Assembly: GCA_951406725.2 (NCBI GenBank)
Contig: OX597817.1
Coordinates: forward strand, 62,868,001-62,932,000
DNA length: 64,000 nucleotides
Direction: 5' to 3'
Origin: Octopus vulgaris
Lineage: Eukaryota
Each line of letters starts with the position of its first letter. The first letter of the stretch is position 1. The notes below the pieces were generated by a model. It saw nothing but the letters and a program-made list of their open reading frames with translations, ran no database searches and was not told the DNA's origin. This document shows, in pieces, positions 11,695 to 26,534 of this stretch. The translations under genes were made by a program, and so were the position numbers.

Positions 11695-12746
11695 TATAAT
11701 ATAATATAATTTGTGGATTAAGAAAGTGACCAACGGTTTCATGCAAAGACATCTTCACAATTGTTCAACCCTGAGAATGTGGTGTTGAGCACACATTCTC
11801 TCAGTTGGATATCAGCGTGTAAATATATATGAATATAGCATTTAATTAAAATCTATAGCATCTAAATAGAAACACGATTTCGACGCTTTCCAGTTTATAA
11901 AACTTTGCAAAACGGAATTATCGCGCAGCACAACTTATCATTTGAGCTTCTTCCAAAGGTTTATATGATCTAGTCTCCAGTGGGATTTGAAAACTTTGAA
12001 TACTTACTATTGCTCTACTATGATCTCTCCATTCGACCGATAATATTGATTTCCTTATATTCAATTTCCCCTTTCATTTTAATACAAAGGACTCGAGTCA
12101 CAATCTAATGTACACACTCAAAAGGCATGTGCATTCCTTATATAATATTGATTTCTTGCTTAGATACAGTAATGATGAAAGATTTACTTTGCCGCTTGGT
12201 TTAACAGTCATTCCTTGGTACATACACTAGTCTTTCTACCACTGACTAAATCTTAAGGAAATATGAAATGCAAGCAAGAAACTGAAATCAGACGGTGAAC
12301 TCAGCTTGCTACGAATATATTTCTACCCACGTCGGATATTAAATCAAAGAATATAAGAATATATATTGTTTTCGTTTCGGATTGTTTTTTTGTAATTGTT
12401 TGTTGCAAACTTTTAATGAACGAGAACAATCCTGTATTTTAGGCGAGCAAATATAAGCGTGATAGTCTCCATGCCAACATCTATTTTGAGTGACACTAGT
12501 GTCAGACGAAAAGTGTAATGTATTCAACTAAAGATCAGAAGAAAATTATTTTTAACAATGGAACTCGAGGTCGATACAATTATAAATTATAACATGTAGC
12601 ATGGTACTGGGTCAAAAATATTCTTTGATGGAAAACAGATTAAAGTTTGCCTTTCCATCCAAGGTTTTTAACCTAATATTCTGCACGCTATTATTTATAG
12701 TTTACGCTTCCAAATTTACTTGTCATGTGTTGTGTAACGCGAATTA

Positions 12747-13341
12747 TCTATAATATAAATTGGACAAGGGCGATCATTGTATTCTTTCTTGTCTTGATGT
12801 TCACAGCCAAACGGCTGAGTGGGTTCGCGTAAAAATTGGCACACATGTATTTTTTCCCTAGCCCCCATACTTACCGAGAAAATCGATTAAAACTTTTCTA
12901 ATGGAATTTCGATGTTTGTTCCGCCATTGAAACAACCAGTTGCTCACACAGCCGGCATATACCATTTCGCTAGCAACAAGGGGAGTACAGGATGATAGTC
13001 AACCAAGACTTTAGCTATGCTGTCTTTCTTCTCTCCCACATTCACACGCGCAAGCACACATGCACACACACATACACGCAAACACACAAACACACATCCA
13101 TTTCAAATCAATGTTTTAATGATTAGACAGAGGTTCAATAGAATAGCTCTCAGAAACAAACTACGTACAAATTCTTTCTTCACAACTCCTGAAGCTGTTT
13201 TCTGACAAGGGGAAGGCTCCAATCGAAACAGGGGACTCGAAATGATAAGGTTGAGAAACACTGTTATAGATTATACCTAAAGGAAAACGATCATAGCCAT
13301 ATCCTCCAAACAGACCGGGTGAAACCGGGCTTAGCTACTAG
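12747..13341 (+). mobile_element. Non-autonomous Helitron
   Basis: A^TCTATAATATAAA 5' end; 3' hairpin CCGGGTGAAACCGG followed by CTAG^T. Confidence 0.65.
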
Positions 13342-14249
13342 TTTTATATAATCACTGAAGAATTTTAAATGGTTCGTGTATTTGTCAAGTACAAATATTA
13401 TCATATCATAATTTCCATCCCTGAACTATAAATCTAAATAACAACTTCGAATCTGTGAAGAGTACAATATCATGAACGCATACAATCATTGATTCTACAC
13501 CAGAATATCATTTCTAATTTAACCAATATCAAACATCTTTCAACTGTTTTAAAATCTCCAACTGAAGAATGTTCTTCCATTTGTTTAATACGATTGCGAA
13601 CGATAGATCGATAAATCAATCAAATTCTGTAAATAAAACTACCTATGTAGTGAAATAATATCCGTAAGTCAATATAGAGTGGTAGTCAAGCATATGACAA
13701 TAAGATAGATTTTACTGTGATTGGTAAGAAATCGATAAGAATCATACAATCAGGATATGTTATGTTCACGTCGCTCACAATGTTACATTAGTTGGTCATG
13801 TTAATAATGTTAAACCAAACATGACCTTTGTTGAATTCCATGTTATGATAGTTTAAAGAATATAGCATTATTATTTACCTTACGTTAGCTATATTTACAT
13901 GATTATTGCGTATTTGATCCGGCAATACCAATGGAAAAAGTAGATTGTGATACTGATACCAATTCTTTAAGCTCGCCTAGCAACTCCATGGTTTCGGGTT
14001 CGATCTCACTGCGCAACACCCGGCACAAAGACCTTCTCCGCCTTTGCCACGGGTTGGCCTGGTAGAGCAGTACTTTCAGGATTTAGCCCATCTCCCACCA
14101 AGGAGATAAACATAAACTATAGCCCTGAGCTGAGCAATACTTGTGAGTGAACTTCGTAAGCGAAAATTGTGAGGAAACCCAGTGTTTGAGTGCGTGCGTT
14201 CATGCGTGTGTCTCTGTGTCTGTGTGTATCTATGTATGTACTATTTTAC

Positions 14250-14670
14250 TCTTTTACTTGTTTCAGTCATATGACTGTGGCCATGCTGGAGCACCGCCTT
14301 TTAGTCGAGCAAATCAACCCCACGACTTATTCTTTGTAAGCCTAGTACTTATTTTATTGGTCTCTTTTGCCGAACCGCTAAGTTACTGGACGTAAACACA
14401 CCATAATCGGTTATCAAGTGATGTTGGGGGGATAAACACAGACACACAAACACGCACACACACACACACACACACATACATATATATACATATATATATA
14501 TACATATATACGACGGGCTTCTTTCAGTTTCCGTCTACCAAATCCACTCACAAGGCTTTGGTCGGCCCGAGGCTATATTATAAGACACTTGCCGAAGGTG
14601 TCACGCAGTGGGACTGAACCCGGAACCGCGTGGTTCGTAAGAAAGCTACTTACCACACACCCACTCCTAC
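14250..14670 (-). mobile_element. tRNA-derived SINE (family B), near full length
   Basis: Reverse complement of the 48409-48785 copy, including the head and the internal (CA/TA)n. Confidence 0.9.
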
Positions 14671-15471
14671 GGCTATGTGTGTATCTTTCTGTTTGTGTTT
14701 GTCCAACACAAGGCTTAGTAACTTCAACGGGAATAAGTACCAAATTTTTTTTTAAATAATAATTACTGGGGTCGATCTGTTTGACTAAAACCTCTCAACG
14801 CGGGATCCCAGTATGATCGCAGTTCAATGCCTGAAACAATTAAATGCTAAATGATAAATTTGTAGTATTTCAGTTTGATATGCTCTATATATCAGAACAA
14901 AAACACAATTGCCTTTGGCACTTTCAAAGACTGGTTTCAGTCATTATCTTTGTGTGCCAGCAAACTAATTCTCTTTATATGTTGACTAGTATTTCTTTTT
15001 ATTCTGAGAATAATTTATGTTTTGTATTATTCAAATTATTTTCATAAATTGCTACTATTTCTAAAAATATAAATGATTAATTATTTTAATTCATTCAATA
15101 ATTATTGAATTGCTAATCACGGAAAAATCTTTCGTCATATAAATATTTAGCAGATATAGATTTTGCTCTATCATTTTAACTCTACAATATTTAAAAGCTG
15201 AAAGTGTTCAACAGAATCGCGAAGGTACTTCTTAGAAGATAGCACTTGACATGGACTACCTTCAATATCTGTTAATGGTAACAAGACAAAAAGACATACT
15301 ATAGACATACTCTCCATATACTACATTACTGAAGTGTCCCGTTTGATCTGAGCCTATATGCATCCCAGAATATTCTCTTTTTAGAAAGCTACCATGATTG
15401 GGTATATATATATATATATAATATACAATACGCAATATTAAATCTCTGAGTGAGAAGTAAAGAGTAGCAGT

Positions 15472-15607
15472 ACTTTGCTTTTCCTCCTTTCGAGATCGAT
15501 AAATTAAATACCAGTTGCGTACTGGGGTCGATCTAATCGACTGCTCCCTCCCCCCAAATTTCTGGCCCTGTGTCTAGAATGGAAAAGAATATTCTCCTTC
15601 TCTTAAG
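15472..15607 (+). repeat. 136-bp perfect inverted duplicate of 16644-16779 (SINE 3' half plus flank)
   Basis: No mismatches found by base-by-base comparison with the reverse complement. Confidence 0.9.
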
Positions 15608-16254
15608 AGAAAAAGAACATATTATACTAAAAGTCTGTATAGAGAAAAAGAACATATTTCGGACGAGTCCAACCTTTAATTCTCTTTTAATTCTCCTCTT
15701 TTTGTCGAGATGTTGTAACTTTGTCTCAATTAGTACTCGAAAGCACATCACTGACAGCTGACATTTTATTCGACGGCGACTGCGATATATCTTAATTCAG
15801 TAAAAAGTTTATCTCTTGCCAGTCTTCTTTCTGGCCGTCGCATTCAAATTCATAGCCACATTCCAAATAATTTATTCCACATTATTCTTCTCGTCTGTCA
15901 TTCCATTACATCCCTTCTAAGATTCATGCTGTTCTTTTCTTCACTCATTTCAACACGTTTATTCCATGCTGTTCTTCTATTATGCGAGGTAAGTTTTCAG
16001 ATTATTTTCGGACATCATCTTATCCTACGGCACCTCCTCTGAATTACCATTGAAACAAAAATTTCTTCTTGACTTCTAGATATGTGAGTTTTATCAGTTC
16101 CAAATAATTTTGTAATACCTTTGATTTGGACTGTATCGGTTAAGCAATTATTTTTATACTCCGTTTATAGGTCCTGAATCTTCCCTTATCCCCTTTGTAC
16201 TTGTGCAAGTTTAGAAACCATAAATGAAGACAAAATATAAGGAGAATATTCTTT

Positions 16255-16867
16255 TGTACTCTAGGTACAAGGCCAGAAATTTTAGGGAAGGGGCCAGTTG
16301 ATTAGATCGACCCTAGCATGCAACTGGTAATTAATTTATCGTCTTCGAAAGGATGCAAGACAAAGTCGACCTCGGCTGAATTTGAACTCAGAACGTGACG
16401 GCAGACGAAATGCTTATTTCTATTTCTTTACTACCCACAAGGGGCTGAACACAGGGAGGACAAACAAGGACAGAGAAACGGATTAAGATGATTATATCGA
16501 TCCCAGTGCGGAACTGGTACTTATTTAATTGACCCCGAAAGGATGAAAGGCAAAGTCGACCTCGACGGAATTTGAACGTAGCGGCAGACGAAATACCGCT
16601 AAGCAGTTCGCCCGATGTGCTAACGTTTCTGCCAGCTCGCCGCCTTAAGAGAAGGAGAATATTCTTTTCCATTCTAGACACAGGGCCAGAAATTTGGGGG
16701 GAGGGAGCAGTCGATTAGATCGACCCCAGTACGCAACTGGTATTTAATTTATCGATCTCGAAAGGAGGAAAAGCAAAGTCGGCCTCGGGGGAATTTGAAC
16801 TCAGAACATAAAGACAGACGAAATACTGCTAAGCATTTCGCCCGACGTTTCTGCGAGCTTGCCGCCT
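16255..16867 (-). mobile_element. Cluster of three family A SINEs
   Basis: Copies at about 16255-16410, 16415-16645 and 16665-16867; AAGGAGAATATT repeated at 16239, 16652 and 16869. Confidence 0.85.
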
Positions 16868-16956
16868 TAAGGAGAATATTGAAACAAAAAGGGGATAAAA
16901 CCTTAAAACACACATTTTCGTTTTACTTTCAATATTTCCTCCCATTTTTCTCAATC

Positions 16957-17012
16957 ATATAAACGTTTCTGATATTCTGAAATCTGTTCAGGATATCATT
17001 GTCATCAGGCGT
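16957..17012 (-). ncRNA. Hammerhead-like motif with weak stem I
   Basis: CTGATGA-CAA-TGATATCCTGAA(CAGAT)TTCAGAATATCA-GAAAC-GTT; stem II 11/12 paired. Confidence 0.5.
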
Positions 17013-17039
17013 AGCTTCTTCGTGTATCATGGCACATTG

Positions 17040-17342
17040 ACTTGTTTGTTCCTTCTCAAGCCATGCCTGGTTCAAAGGGCTGGTTTCCCGGTTTCCTTGG
17101 CGTATCGGTTCCCCACCTGGACGGGACGCCGGTCCGTCGCAGGTAAGCTGCAAGATGCAGGAGAAAAGAGTGAGAGAAAGTTGTGGCGAAAGAGTCAGCA
17201 GAAGTTCGCCATTACCTTCTACCAGAGCCGCGTGGAGCTTAGGTGTTTCGCTCATAAACACACTCATCGCCAGGTCTGAGATTCGAACCCGCGATCCCTC
17301 GGCCGCGAGTCAGCTGCTCTAACCACTAGGCCATGTGCCTCC
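17040..17342 (-). mobile_element. tRNA-derived SINE (family C, Meta/V-domain-like)
   Basis: Head GGAGGCACATGGCCTAGTGGTTAGAGC (A box) and GGTTCGAATCT (B box); CCTGCGACGGACCGGCGTCCCGTCCAGG domain; ATCATGGC repeated on both flanks. Confidence 0.8.
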
Positions 17343-17457
17343 ACATCATGGCGTATAGATTTCCTAATTCATCTATATTGTTCACCTTTTCATTATTTAT
17401 GGATACTATCTACATATTTCTGTAATTCTGTTTTGTCCTAATATTAAATTGTTCCCA

Positions 17458-18010
17458 AACGGCGGACGGCTGGTAGAATTGTTAGGTGGTAAAGCATAAG
17501 ACAGGCAAATTGCCTGGCGACATTTCGCCGGTCTTAATGTTCTGAGTTCATATCCCGCCGAGGTCGAATTCCCTTTATCCTTTCAGGGTCGATAAAATAA
17601 ATACAAGTAGAACTCTGTGGCCGATGTAATCGATTTACTCCCTTCCCCGAAATTTATGGCTGTGTACCAAACTTTGAAAAATCACTCCATAAAGCGATGA
17701 GCTGGCAGAATCGTTCGCGAGCTGGACCAAATGCCGTTACGGCATTTCGCCTGTCTTTACGTTCTGAGTTCAAATCCCATCGAGTTTGCCCTTCATCTTT
17801 TCTGGGTCTGTGCCAAAAGAATCAGTCGCGCTCTAGGGTCAAGATAATCGAATATCCTCCTCCCTCAATATTTCAGGCCTTGTGTCTGCAGTAGTAAGGA
17901 TTATTTTTTTAAAAGAAGGTAGCAAGCTGGCAGAATCGTTAGCACGCCGGGCAAAATGCTTGCCGTCATTTCGCCTGTCTTTATCTTCTAAGTTCAAATT
18001 CCATCGAGAT
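17458..18010 (+). mobile_element. Tandem cluster of three decayed family A SINEs
   Basis: Three GCTGG(C/T)AGAAT..TTCT(G/A)AGTTCA heads at about 17468, 17701 and 17925. Confidence 0.8.
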
Positions 18011-18826
18011 TGACCGGTGTTACTGACAGTAATGTATTTATTCACACACACGTTGCTTGCTTTGTACAAATAATTCATTTCCAAATATTATGATCTTTAT
18101 TCGATTATCCAACTTAACAAAACAATAGAACAAATGTCGGTGACAGAGAATTTGTATTTAATATGAACAAAAGGAAAAGAAAATAATATTCATAAAGGGA
18201 AGCAGTATGGCCGATTAGCTCAACATGAAGCACAATTGACATTTACTGAATCGTCTAAGACACAACTGGCATTTATTTCTTGGACTACAACGAAACAAGC
18301 TGCGAAAGTAGTTTTACATGGAAATCATTTGAGGTGCTCGTCAAAAAGTCAAAGTAATAATAAATACCATGTTCAATCTCTGAATGTTCTCCGTTGCTGT
18401 GTTATTTTTTCCTTTCAGAGAATTGTTTACCAATATTTATACCTGATTAATGTGCAACATATAAATACATGGATATGTATATGCGCATGTGTGTGCGTAT
18501 ATCAGTGCGTGGGGGCTGTGTGTGTTGATATATGAGGGGATTAGAGATTACTTAATAAAAAATTTAATTTTGTCATATTTACTCGACTACTGTCCGAACA
18601 TTACAAATACACGCACACGCACGTGCACACACGTGCGCGCGCACGCACGTGCACACACGTGCGCGCGCACGCACACACACATAGTACTGGACACACCTGC
18701 ACGTGCCCTCTCTATTTTACCAGTCTACTGTTTTATGTGTTTGTATATGTATGTGTGTGCATGCATGTATCTATATATGTGTGTGTTTGTGTGTCTGTGT
18801 TAGTGTGTAGAAATATGTAAATATAC

Positions 18827-19302
18827 GTATGTACATACATTCATACATACATACATAATACATACATACATACATACATACATACATACATACATACATA
18901 CATACATACATACATACGAGGTGAATCCCTGGAGTCTTGTATCTTTTTTTAGGAGAGGCAGTAATTATAACTGTCCCCGGGTTATTACAATTTCAGTATA
19001 TCTTTAATATACATCTAAATAAGCTTACCTGGCGAATTTCTTCATTCTGCTAAGAACCGCTTATCATAGATGATTAGCTTGCAGAATGCAATCGGGACGT
19101 AAAATCAATTTTTGAGTTCGCTATGTTATTAGGCTCTCTATTAAACGTTACAGAAACATGAACTGCTCCAGACGGCCTACATACATACATCATTTATGTA
19201 TGTATGTATGTATGTATGTATGTATGTATGTATGTATGTATGTATGTATGTATGTATGTATGTATGTATGTATGTATGTATGTATGCATGTATGTATGTA
19301 TA

Positions 19303-19335
<33 letters not shown>

Positions 19336-19446
19336 ATGTATGTATGCATGTATGTATGTACGTATGAGTGTATGTATGTATATGTGTGTGTACGTATGTA
19401 TGTATGTATGTATGTATGTATGTATGTATGTATGTATGTATGTATG
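18827..19446. repeat. (TACA)n and (TGTA)n microsatellites
   Basis: Tetranucleotide arrays at 18827-18917 and 19195-19446, in opposite orientation. Confidence 0.95.
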
Positions 19447-19645
19447 TGGAAGTGGTTGGATGGATGCATCCAAGTGAAATTAAATTAGTTAATACCTGTA
19501 GTTTATTAATAAATTCGACATCGTTGCCTCCCTTTGTCGGCTTTGTAGCTACGCCGAGTTTCAACAAATTGCAAACATTTTGTTTTCCAACAAACAAATT
19601 ATTCCCTAATAGCTGCTGAGATAAATGTTTTCCTTTATTTCAATA

Positions 19646-19944
19646 CTAGCTGAATAGCCCGTCATTGCCAGGCAATTTTTACAATAGAATGTCATATATA
19701 TTTTTGTTTATTCTTTGTTAGACCATGCCTTCCCCGACAGAAAGGCCTCTTGATCAGAACAGATTTGTGGAATTTTTCGCAAGAAAAAATTCGTTATGGA
19801 TTTTTTCTCCTTTTTAAATTATTTAAATGTCTGTTCGACCGTTTCACATGACTTTATTCATTAAAACGTCAGACGTTCTTACAAGTTTGGTCGTTATAAT
19901 GCTTTGCTCTAGTTTGTTTAATACAAATATGGTGTATAGTAGAC

Positions 19945-19975
<31 letters not shown>

Positions 19976-20452
19976 TATATATTTCAGTATGTGAATGTGT
20001 GTCTGTGTGTGCGTGTTTCTCTGCGATGGACATCAGAAAGGCCACCTACCCTCTCTCTCCTTAAAGCTATTTCTCTGAGTACGTGTGTGTGTGTGTGTGT
20101 GTTGTATCTATGTATTTACGACAGTATGTATTCAGCGTTGCGTGTATATGACAGCTATATTAACGTTAACTTCCCATTTCCACTCAGATTTGTCGCTTAC
20201 ATAATGCTGTTTTCGCGTTCCCTGCTATAAATCACCCTCACTCTGCTACTGCGTTTCCCTCAGACTTATACTTTTTGTGCCCTTCTCATTTTATCATAAT
20301 GCATCCAACCCCACGAGGGGGGGGGGGGCTTATAATTTTTTATTGAAATGGATGTGAGTGTAACATGTATGCTAAGTTTCGTGAATATTGGTTCGCTGTT
20401 TTAGGCACTATGTTGGTAACAGTCAGACAGAAATTGTCATTTATACATATGA
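19646..20452 (-). mobile_element. Non-autonomous Helitron
   Basis: Minus strand begins A^TCATATGTATAAA and ends with hairpin CCTGGCAATGACGGG then CTAG^T. Confidence 0.6.
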
Positions 20453-21156
20453 TTATTCTTGATCGAATAACAAATTTATACACAACAAATTTATACACAA
20501 AATCAAATCAATTCTATTTGCGCCCATCTCCTCTTATTTTTCATTTTCAGGAATAGATTACATAGCACTCCATCATCCAATGTATGTTTAATATTTTCTT
20601 AATACTGTAAGATTTTATCAAATATCGGAGATTTGGTTACTTCCTCTAGCATATTATGAGACCGTACAGTGGTTTTATACTTAGTTCTTCTTTAATTACG
20701 TTTATCATGGTAACCATGTTTATTCGAGAAAAAATTTCGATTAAACATTTATTTATTCTTTCATCCAATTCTTTCAAGCATTACTTTTACTTTACGTCTG
20801 CTATTCAATACCTTACAAAGAGCATAGAATTTACAATTACCTATCCAGAAATCTCACATAACACTTAAACTTTGTATCGAATCTAGAGAATATCATTTAG
20901 TAAATGTTTCATATATAATTTTATTTTACGCAAACCCATTATACGCTCTCCAAGAACTTTGGTGATTTTTTATGGTGTAATTCAGTCTGTTTTTTTTTTT
21001 TGTTTTTATTTTTATTTTGGTTTGGTTTGGGGTTTTTTTGTTTTGTGTGTATGAGAATGTGTCTATGTATCAATATGTTTTAAAACTTGGGGGCAAGTGT
21101 GTGTATACTTTCATAAATATGGGTAGTTATAAATATCGGTGAAATCGTATGCCTGT

Positions 21157-21221
<65 letters not shown>

Positions 21222-22184
21222 TGTATTGGTGTGTATGCATATGCGTTTGTTTATCGTCTCTTTATTTAACACATTTTAAAATAAAAAGTCAGTTATCTGC
21301 AGACACTCTAATGATGCTTTGAAATGAATATGATTATTATTATTATTATTGCTGTTGTTGTTACTGTTGTTTTTGTCGTCGTCGTCGTCGGTTTTAGTTT
21401 TTCTTACTGTTGTTCCAATACAAATTAACGCAAATATTTAACAATTAAAATAAAAATAATCGCTCACATAAATGAAAATACATATACTCTAGTGTACCAC
21501 AATTAGTTAATTGGCATCAAACAGATTTTGGAACATTAGTTCTGCGATATTATGAAAGAGTTTTACAGTAGTTGATAAATTATAGTGACAGATAATAAAT
21601 ATACTAATGATGATTATGAGTGCTTCCTGAGGAATTCAACGCACAGATAGCCACATAGGTGAAACACAGGCGCCATTTTGATCATAACAAGTGGACAAGC
21701 ATAGGCGCCGAATTGATTACATACTTACACACACACACACACACGAATAAATACGTTAATTACCTGTTAAATTTAAACACTGAACAACGTAAATGAAGCC
21801 GTAACTATAGCCTTAGTCGAGCCATAGCTTTTGGGTAAAACTGGAAGGACTGAATCTGTATAGAAGGCCATTGGATGGATTGTAACAGCAATTAGAATTC
21901 TACCACCTTGTCTCACTGCTTGATGCTGACTCTGTCTGGTGAGTAGGTTAAGATATGTTTTTGTGAAGGAATACTCATCCATGTACACGTTAATTCAGTG
22001 AGCAATTAATTCAATCAACCGAATAACCGAATCCACGCTGTAATATATACGGAATGCTCACGATTGTAATTGCAGCTGATCAACTAGAAATAACAATAAT
22101 AGTGACTTTAGTTGCTTTCTTTCTGCACAAACCGATAGCGAGGAGAATGTATTAGTAAAAGCTGTTTCGTGAGTTTATGATATT

Positions 22185-22457
22185 ATGTGCTCTACCACTT
22201 ATATCATCTCTTGTGACAGGTAGAAGAGTCCAGTTTGCTGGACATTGTTGTAGAGCTGAAAACGAAGTAATTTCTGCTCTTCTCCTCTGGAAGCCATCTA
22301 CTCGCGATACCAGAGGGCGCACACTCTCCTACCCTGATGTAATCTCCAGGGATACAGGCATCCAGCAATAGGACCTCCGTAATGCTATGATGGACCGTGA
22401 AGTCTGGCATAGCATAATAAATAACATTGTCTCGACCACGGTCGAACAATGATGAAT
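22185..22457 (+). mobile_element. LINE 3' end (RTE-like)
   Basis: LPLISSLVTGRRVQFAGHCCRAENEVISALLLWKP..MMDREVW, followed by a TGATGA tail. Confidence 0.75.
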
Positions 22458-22479
22458 GAGGATGCTATCTTCAACATCA

Positions 22480-23140
22480 CCAGTCAGCTTCGATGAAGAA
22501 AGATTAGAACACGCTTCACTATTCAACCGCAGTCAGCACCATTCGACCTTCTCCATTACTTTTACATTAGATCTCTGATTACAGTAGGCTTCAGTATCAC
22601 CGAGAAACTACCTTGGCGAATGTCCATCCTTACCATAGTTAGAACTACGTCATAAACACTAGCCCCTCTCTTTAGGGCTAGAAGTTATTTCGTCCTAAAC
22701 ACTACTGACAATCTATAAGCCTCAAGGAAGACCCTCAATGAGGCTGTGCGCACGGATCTGGGATGTTACTGCTTCTTGTACTCAGACTTCTCTGAACACA
22801 TCCATAGAAGGAGCATTCGGTTTGTTGTTATTACATCACTAATAAACTTATTCTAGCCTTTGACTCACAGAAATTTCCCCTGCACACTCTGTCTTTTCCA
22901 TCACTACTGTAATAGCCTCTGCTTTTCATATCTAGCTCGTCTTATATCTCCACCCATCAGGCATTCCCAAATCACTCGCCTTTCTACCTCATGTCACTCT
23001 TTTTGCGTCGACTCCTCATCCGGCCTCGCCTTAAGAACTATGTTCAATCTTCCTCCCCCAGAAATCGCACCTCTGGAATGACTTCCCTGCAGGTGTTGAA
23101 ATTCAACAACGTAAATTTAACATTGTGTCACGTCATATCT
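22480..23140 (+). mobile_element. Decayed CR1/Jockey-group LINE 3' remnant
   Basis: LCLFHHYCNSLCFSYLARLISPPIRHSQITRLSTSCHSFCV resembles the LFYRYxxGxCSSELxxLxP..TR..H C-terminal motif. Confidence 0.5.
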
Positions 23141-23554
23141 TGATACAATATCCATGCAGTAACAATGTAAATAATTCTTGTTGTGCTTTATTAGGGGAGC
23201 GTAAAAATGCAAGTAATGTAAATGTTTCCGTATTTACTGCACTTGCGTAAATCGATGTTTCATCTGTAATAGAAAATGAAATACTTTATTAGCTCACACG
23301 TTGTAAATATACATCTTAGAATTTCCATTCCTAGAATGATCCCTCTGGATAAACCTAACCTAATGCACGCAGAATTAGTAGCCTCTTATTATTCCAAGCT
23401 CTTTATATCCAACGTTTCTGAAAAAACGCGTTAACGATTAGAAAAGTCCGATAGGTGGAATCGCTTTTTTCTTCCTCACTTTTTTCTTCTATGTACCTGT
23501 CGATTCCATGACAATTGCATTGGTATCATAGGAATATGCATACACCCCCCATAT

Positions 23555-23689
<135 letters not shown>

Positions 23690-26534
23690 TAGATATATAC
23701 AGGCACACACACACACACACGCGCGCACAGATACATTCATAGATGCACTCATACACACACATGTATACATAGATACATATGCATGCATGTGTGTATGCTT
23801 TTTTCATGACGTCCAAGTGAGATCTGGCTTTATCATACTGCGGTCAAACCAAGTCACGAAATATTAAGAATATTAAGAACACATAACGCGCCAATTGTCC
23901 AAAGTCTCTTATTGTATTTGGACAATATTAGAAGTAACCAACTGGCTTCACCAATCAGTTATATCGGTTTATTTCCCGCACGCTTTTCTCTGTCATCACC
24001 GGTGACCACCAAACATTCTTCGGTCTTGATACCCACCTATCTTCTTTAATTTCAGTTTATCAATCACTACCAAAGTAATAGAAATTATTCAACTGAAACA
24101 ATTTGTTAATGTCTATACACACTCATGACTTCCAACAATTAACATCTTCGCCAAATCACCCGATGAACTACTGACATCTTGGTACTCAGTAGTAACATCA
24201 AGCTTGGAATTTGAAGAATATCAATGACAATGATCTACATCTCATTTGGATAAACTTCCAACGTAAATTATTTTCTTCATTAAATTGTTTAAAATCTTAG
24301 TTTTATCTTCTGAAGATCCAGTTTAAATCCACCCCCCACCCCCGGATATCCGTGTTTTAAATTATCCTCCACCTCTTTAAACTCTTTGTTAATAACTCAG
24401 TTGTCATTCATTTTAACTATTTCATATTGGATAAGGTCCAGTGAGGTTTAATAATGTCAGTTCTTCTCAAACTTTGTTAAAAAGAAGGATATTGTATAAA
24501 AAGCTCGTTGCTTTTCGCTTCATGCAAAAAGATAACCACCGCCTTATGTATACGTACCTAGCTTACATTTCTATAGCAATGCATTTGAACAAATTAAAAG
24601 TGGTAAACAGGAGAAATATATACTAAGATGATTGCTAATTTTGCAAAGTGAAGACACTGACTCTTATAGTTTATCGATTAATTTTCAAGATACGTAATCA
24701 GAATAAGATGTTGTATATTGGCACAAAATCTATCTTATTGTCGTCCATAAATAGCGCAAACTACGAATGTTCTTTGTAATTTTCTAGTGGTTTATTTCCT
24801 ACAATACGTTTTAATTCAATCGATACTTCCAATCTATATCTGACAGCGTATTCTTGTTGTTATGTTTCTCTATTTTTTGCTTTATTATAGATAGGTTTCG
24901 CTACAACGTATATTGTCTCAAGATACCGACAATGAAAGACCAATTAAAGATGAAAATCAATAGAAACCATAATATTTTAACGTTTATTTGGAGTATGTTG
25001 CTAAAATTGATAAAATTAAATGGAAATAAACTTAAAAAATACATTAAGCACAACTAAGAACCACTGCCAATTCTACTCAAACAAAATAATAATAATTTCT
25101 AACACAGATTCAAGGTTTCTATGGATAATGATTCCATCCTTCACTCATCTCCTCTCTGCTTTGCAGATTTACATTTCACCGACCCCTGGTAAAGGTGAGA
25201 GGCAAATTTGACTTCTGAGGGATTTGAATTCAAATTGAGGTGTGACCTAATGGAATATTACACAACAGTATAAAAAAATCGGTTAATACAATTACAACAT
25301 CAAATGTGACTTATCTGAATTATTATATAATTTTAAAGCTTAATTTGTTAAATATATAAGAAAAACAATAAGGCATTGTGTTTCGATAGCTGATAATAAA
25401 AAGTGTGATATAGTTTCTCCTGTTTTCACGTTCGACATTGATTCTATTGCATCATTAGAAAAATGCATATCTTTTACCAAGAACTCAAAGTTTGCATAGA
25501 ATTGATGCTGGGAGGTATTACAATTACCCAACTTCTGTTTGAAACATTCTCTTGAGAACAGTATTGTGTTATTATCAAAATAAAAGATAACAAACGCAGA
25601 GACATCTGCCAGTTGATACCTAATTGATTTGCTTCTGAAAGGCAAAATAACACATCACTACTGTGTCTAGATAATAGTAGTTTATAATTTATTAATAATG
25701 TTTTGTATGATAAACATTTGCCTCGTTCTAGGAAATTTCGAAGAGCGATGGAGATGCTGTCGAAAAACTGAAAATGCCTTCATTCCCAGGTATCATTTAT
25801 AACCTTGAGGAAGACATCAACACAACATAACCTCATTCCCTCAACGTTGAGATCAATTATGCTACTCTCCAATTTATACGAACTGCTGATTAGCAACAGC
25901 TAATCAGAAAACACATTTAATCATTCATTTTATTTCCCGTGTGACTAAATAGTTTATTAGTTTTTCTCACAAGCATATTGGCTTTTGATTAAATAGACTA
26001 GAGTTGTGGAGAAGATTTCCTGTTAATCGATAATACAGATCCCATATTTCTGATGTCAAGGTAGGCTTTATTATTGCTGTTCACTTTTTTTCTTTTGCTA
26101 AACGAAAGATCTAAATTATGGAGGAAGTCTGAATTTTTCAATATTCACCTAGAATTCAAGATTCTACATTCAGCTAACTCATAGATAACAAGATTGAAGA
26201 CAGGCAACACAATTTCCATAGACCCTTATAGCTTCAGAAATAGCAGTCGTTGTTGTGGTGGTGGTTGTTACTGTTAACCAACAATTACTACTTCAGTACT
26301 CAAGGCATGTGTTCCTTTACGTATGATTGATCGAATAATCGGGAAACTTGAAGTTACTGCAAATAGTATCAGCGGAATAAATATAATTATACTCTACATT
26401 ATGTATTCAGTATTTTCTCTAATTCACAATAAGCTACATGTTTGTACATACATATGTTTATGTATATGTGAATGTGTATGTGTGTGTGTATGTGCTCGTG
26501 TACCTCCACCCTGTATGCGTATATATATATAATT

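Noticed and set aside
17270-17342. Functional tRNA gene (also at 48409 and 1900)
   Set aside because: Has A and B boxes but continues into SINE bodies without a proper acceptor stem or terminator.
25340-25790. Possible host exons (minus-strand acceptor at about 25635; plus-strand AG..GT at 25731-25788)
   Set aside because: No recognisable protein similarity or partner exons; cannot be supported without RNA-seq.
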